Assembly (NCBI GenBank): GCA_044892525.1
Contig: CM097886.1
Span: 82,770,001 to 82,834,000, forward strand
From: Schmidtea polychroa
Taxonomy: Eukaryota
Reading direction: 5' to 3'
Length of the DNA: 64,000 nt
The number at the start of each line of letters is the position of its first letter. Within the stretch, counting starts at the first letter, position 1. The position numbers and the translations under genes were made by a program. Shown one piece after another: positions 62,936 to 64,000 of this stretch. A model generated the notes under the pieces. It saw only the letters and a list, made by a program, of their open reading frames with translations, searched no databases and was not told the origin of the DNA.

Positions 62936-64000
62936 TCATAATTGCGACATCAGTACTCCATCGTAAGCTCTTATGGCTTGTCTAAAATATAGCTTGGTCC
63001 AAATACCCATAGCTATCAGTGTAGTTACTAGCGATAGTACGGCCGATACCGTAATCCATACCCCTACTGGTATTTTCAGGATATATCCTGCATTAAAGTT
63101 TGTGATGGCATTACAATCACAACAGTTTGTCAGGTTTGGGGGCGTTTGACAAGATATTTGTTTGATAGGTGACAATTGTCTAAGATGTTGCTACATTTCG
63201 GGATGTATCACCATGTTCTCTCTGACTACTTTTGGTGGTATTTTCGTTATAACCGGCTGTTTCAGAGGTAGAATCTCCTCAAATACCTCGAACCACCTAT
63301 CGTCTTCCCGTTTCCTCGGACTATAGTATATAACTAAAACCGAATTTTCTACTGACTGATTTAGATACATTTCTTGGGAGGGAGAGTTCTGGTCTAACCA
63401 TAATGTTCCTCTCGTGGTTGATCCGTCTCGAATGCTGATTTTCACTTTCTCCTCCCTGTTAATTTGCTGGCGAAACTTTACTTTATCCCTTTCGTAGGAA
63501 ATCGATATGCGATTTGTGAAATCTGCCGTCCGTAGGATCCAATTTGATACGTGATAGGTATACCAACCACTCTGATATAGCCTTGATGCTGCGACATGCA
63601 GTTTATAATCCGTCTCGGCTTTTAAATCATATAAATCCCACTCTTTTTCTTCTGAATCGAGTTGGCGGATCCGCAAGTACTTGTTGTAGAAATGTAAATT
63701 GAATTTTGTGGCATTATCGCATGTTGTGAGTATGCTAATTCCGTGATACGTTCTTATAAAATGTAAGTGTTCCACTTGCATAGCCATAGGCTGAAAATAT
63801 GCCTTTCTATCCCTTTTTGCCATTGCTAAAGTCATCATACAGCTTATTATCAACAAAAAGGTTACCGATTTTGGAACACCCCGTGATCTCAATGGGTATC
63901 GGTGCTCTTGTGGTTCTTCGGTAGTGTTTAGTTTCACTTGTTTCTCTGGTGCTTTTACTTTTGAGGTTCCTTTTGTTGAGATTTCGCACCTTTTACACCG
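62936..64000 (-). CDS. Env-position type I membrane protein with FN3-like ectodomain; one in-frame TAG at 63191-63193; frame open to the window end
   Basis: ORFs 63191-63937 and 62936-63175 share a frame. Signal-like TFLLIISCMMTLAMA, LYDLKAETDYKLHVAA, CCDC, TM helix VWITVSAVLSLVTTLIAMGIW and a short tail. Confidence 0.75.

Larger units (their letters stand above)
58480..64000 (-). mobile_element. Large LTR retroelement copy B: 3' half with two accessory genes (lower boundary approximate)
   Basis: Order on the minus strand is open polyprotein tail with RYPLRSR, membrane protein, 720-aa ORF, ~300-bp UTR, PPT, LTR. Collinear with copy A. No RT or integrase core lies inside the window. Confidence 0.75.

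Noticed and set aside
1-64000. CRISPR arrays, rRNA genes, tRNA genes and prokaryotic operons
   Set aside because: None seen; spliceosomal introns and the TE content show a eukaryotic locus.

Overview
AT-rich eukaryotic genomic DNA with two N gaps. It is probably from a flatworm such as a planarian; this is inferred from 43-68 nt introns, composition and the retroelement types. The main host gene is a 9-coding-exon DAPK-family kinase on the minus strand (46493 to 12650, about 652 aa), which the ORF track largely misses. Its large introns are packed with hAT, pogo, piggyBac, Helitron and Gypsy remnants and a ~3.9 kb foldback. A single-exon Ly6/three-finger protein gene lies at 57850-58245. The most unusual content is a large LTR-type retroelement family present twice on the minus strand. 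Copy B (about 58480 to beyond 64000) carries an FN3-like type I membrane protein, apparently fused to an upstream polyprotein and split by one TAG-CAA stop. It also carries a ~700 aa ORF with what look like catalytically dead AlkB-like and ISG20/REX4-like (DEDDh) domains, followed by a polypurine tract and a long AT-rich LTR. Copy A (1-11181) is a decayed relative. A ~6.9 kb insert containing a NeSL/R5-like RT-REL retrotransposon splits its accessory ORF, and a Tigger element sits in its LTR. All domain calls were made by eye and need profile searches.
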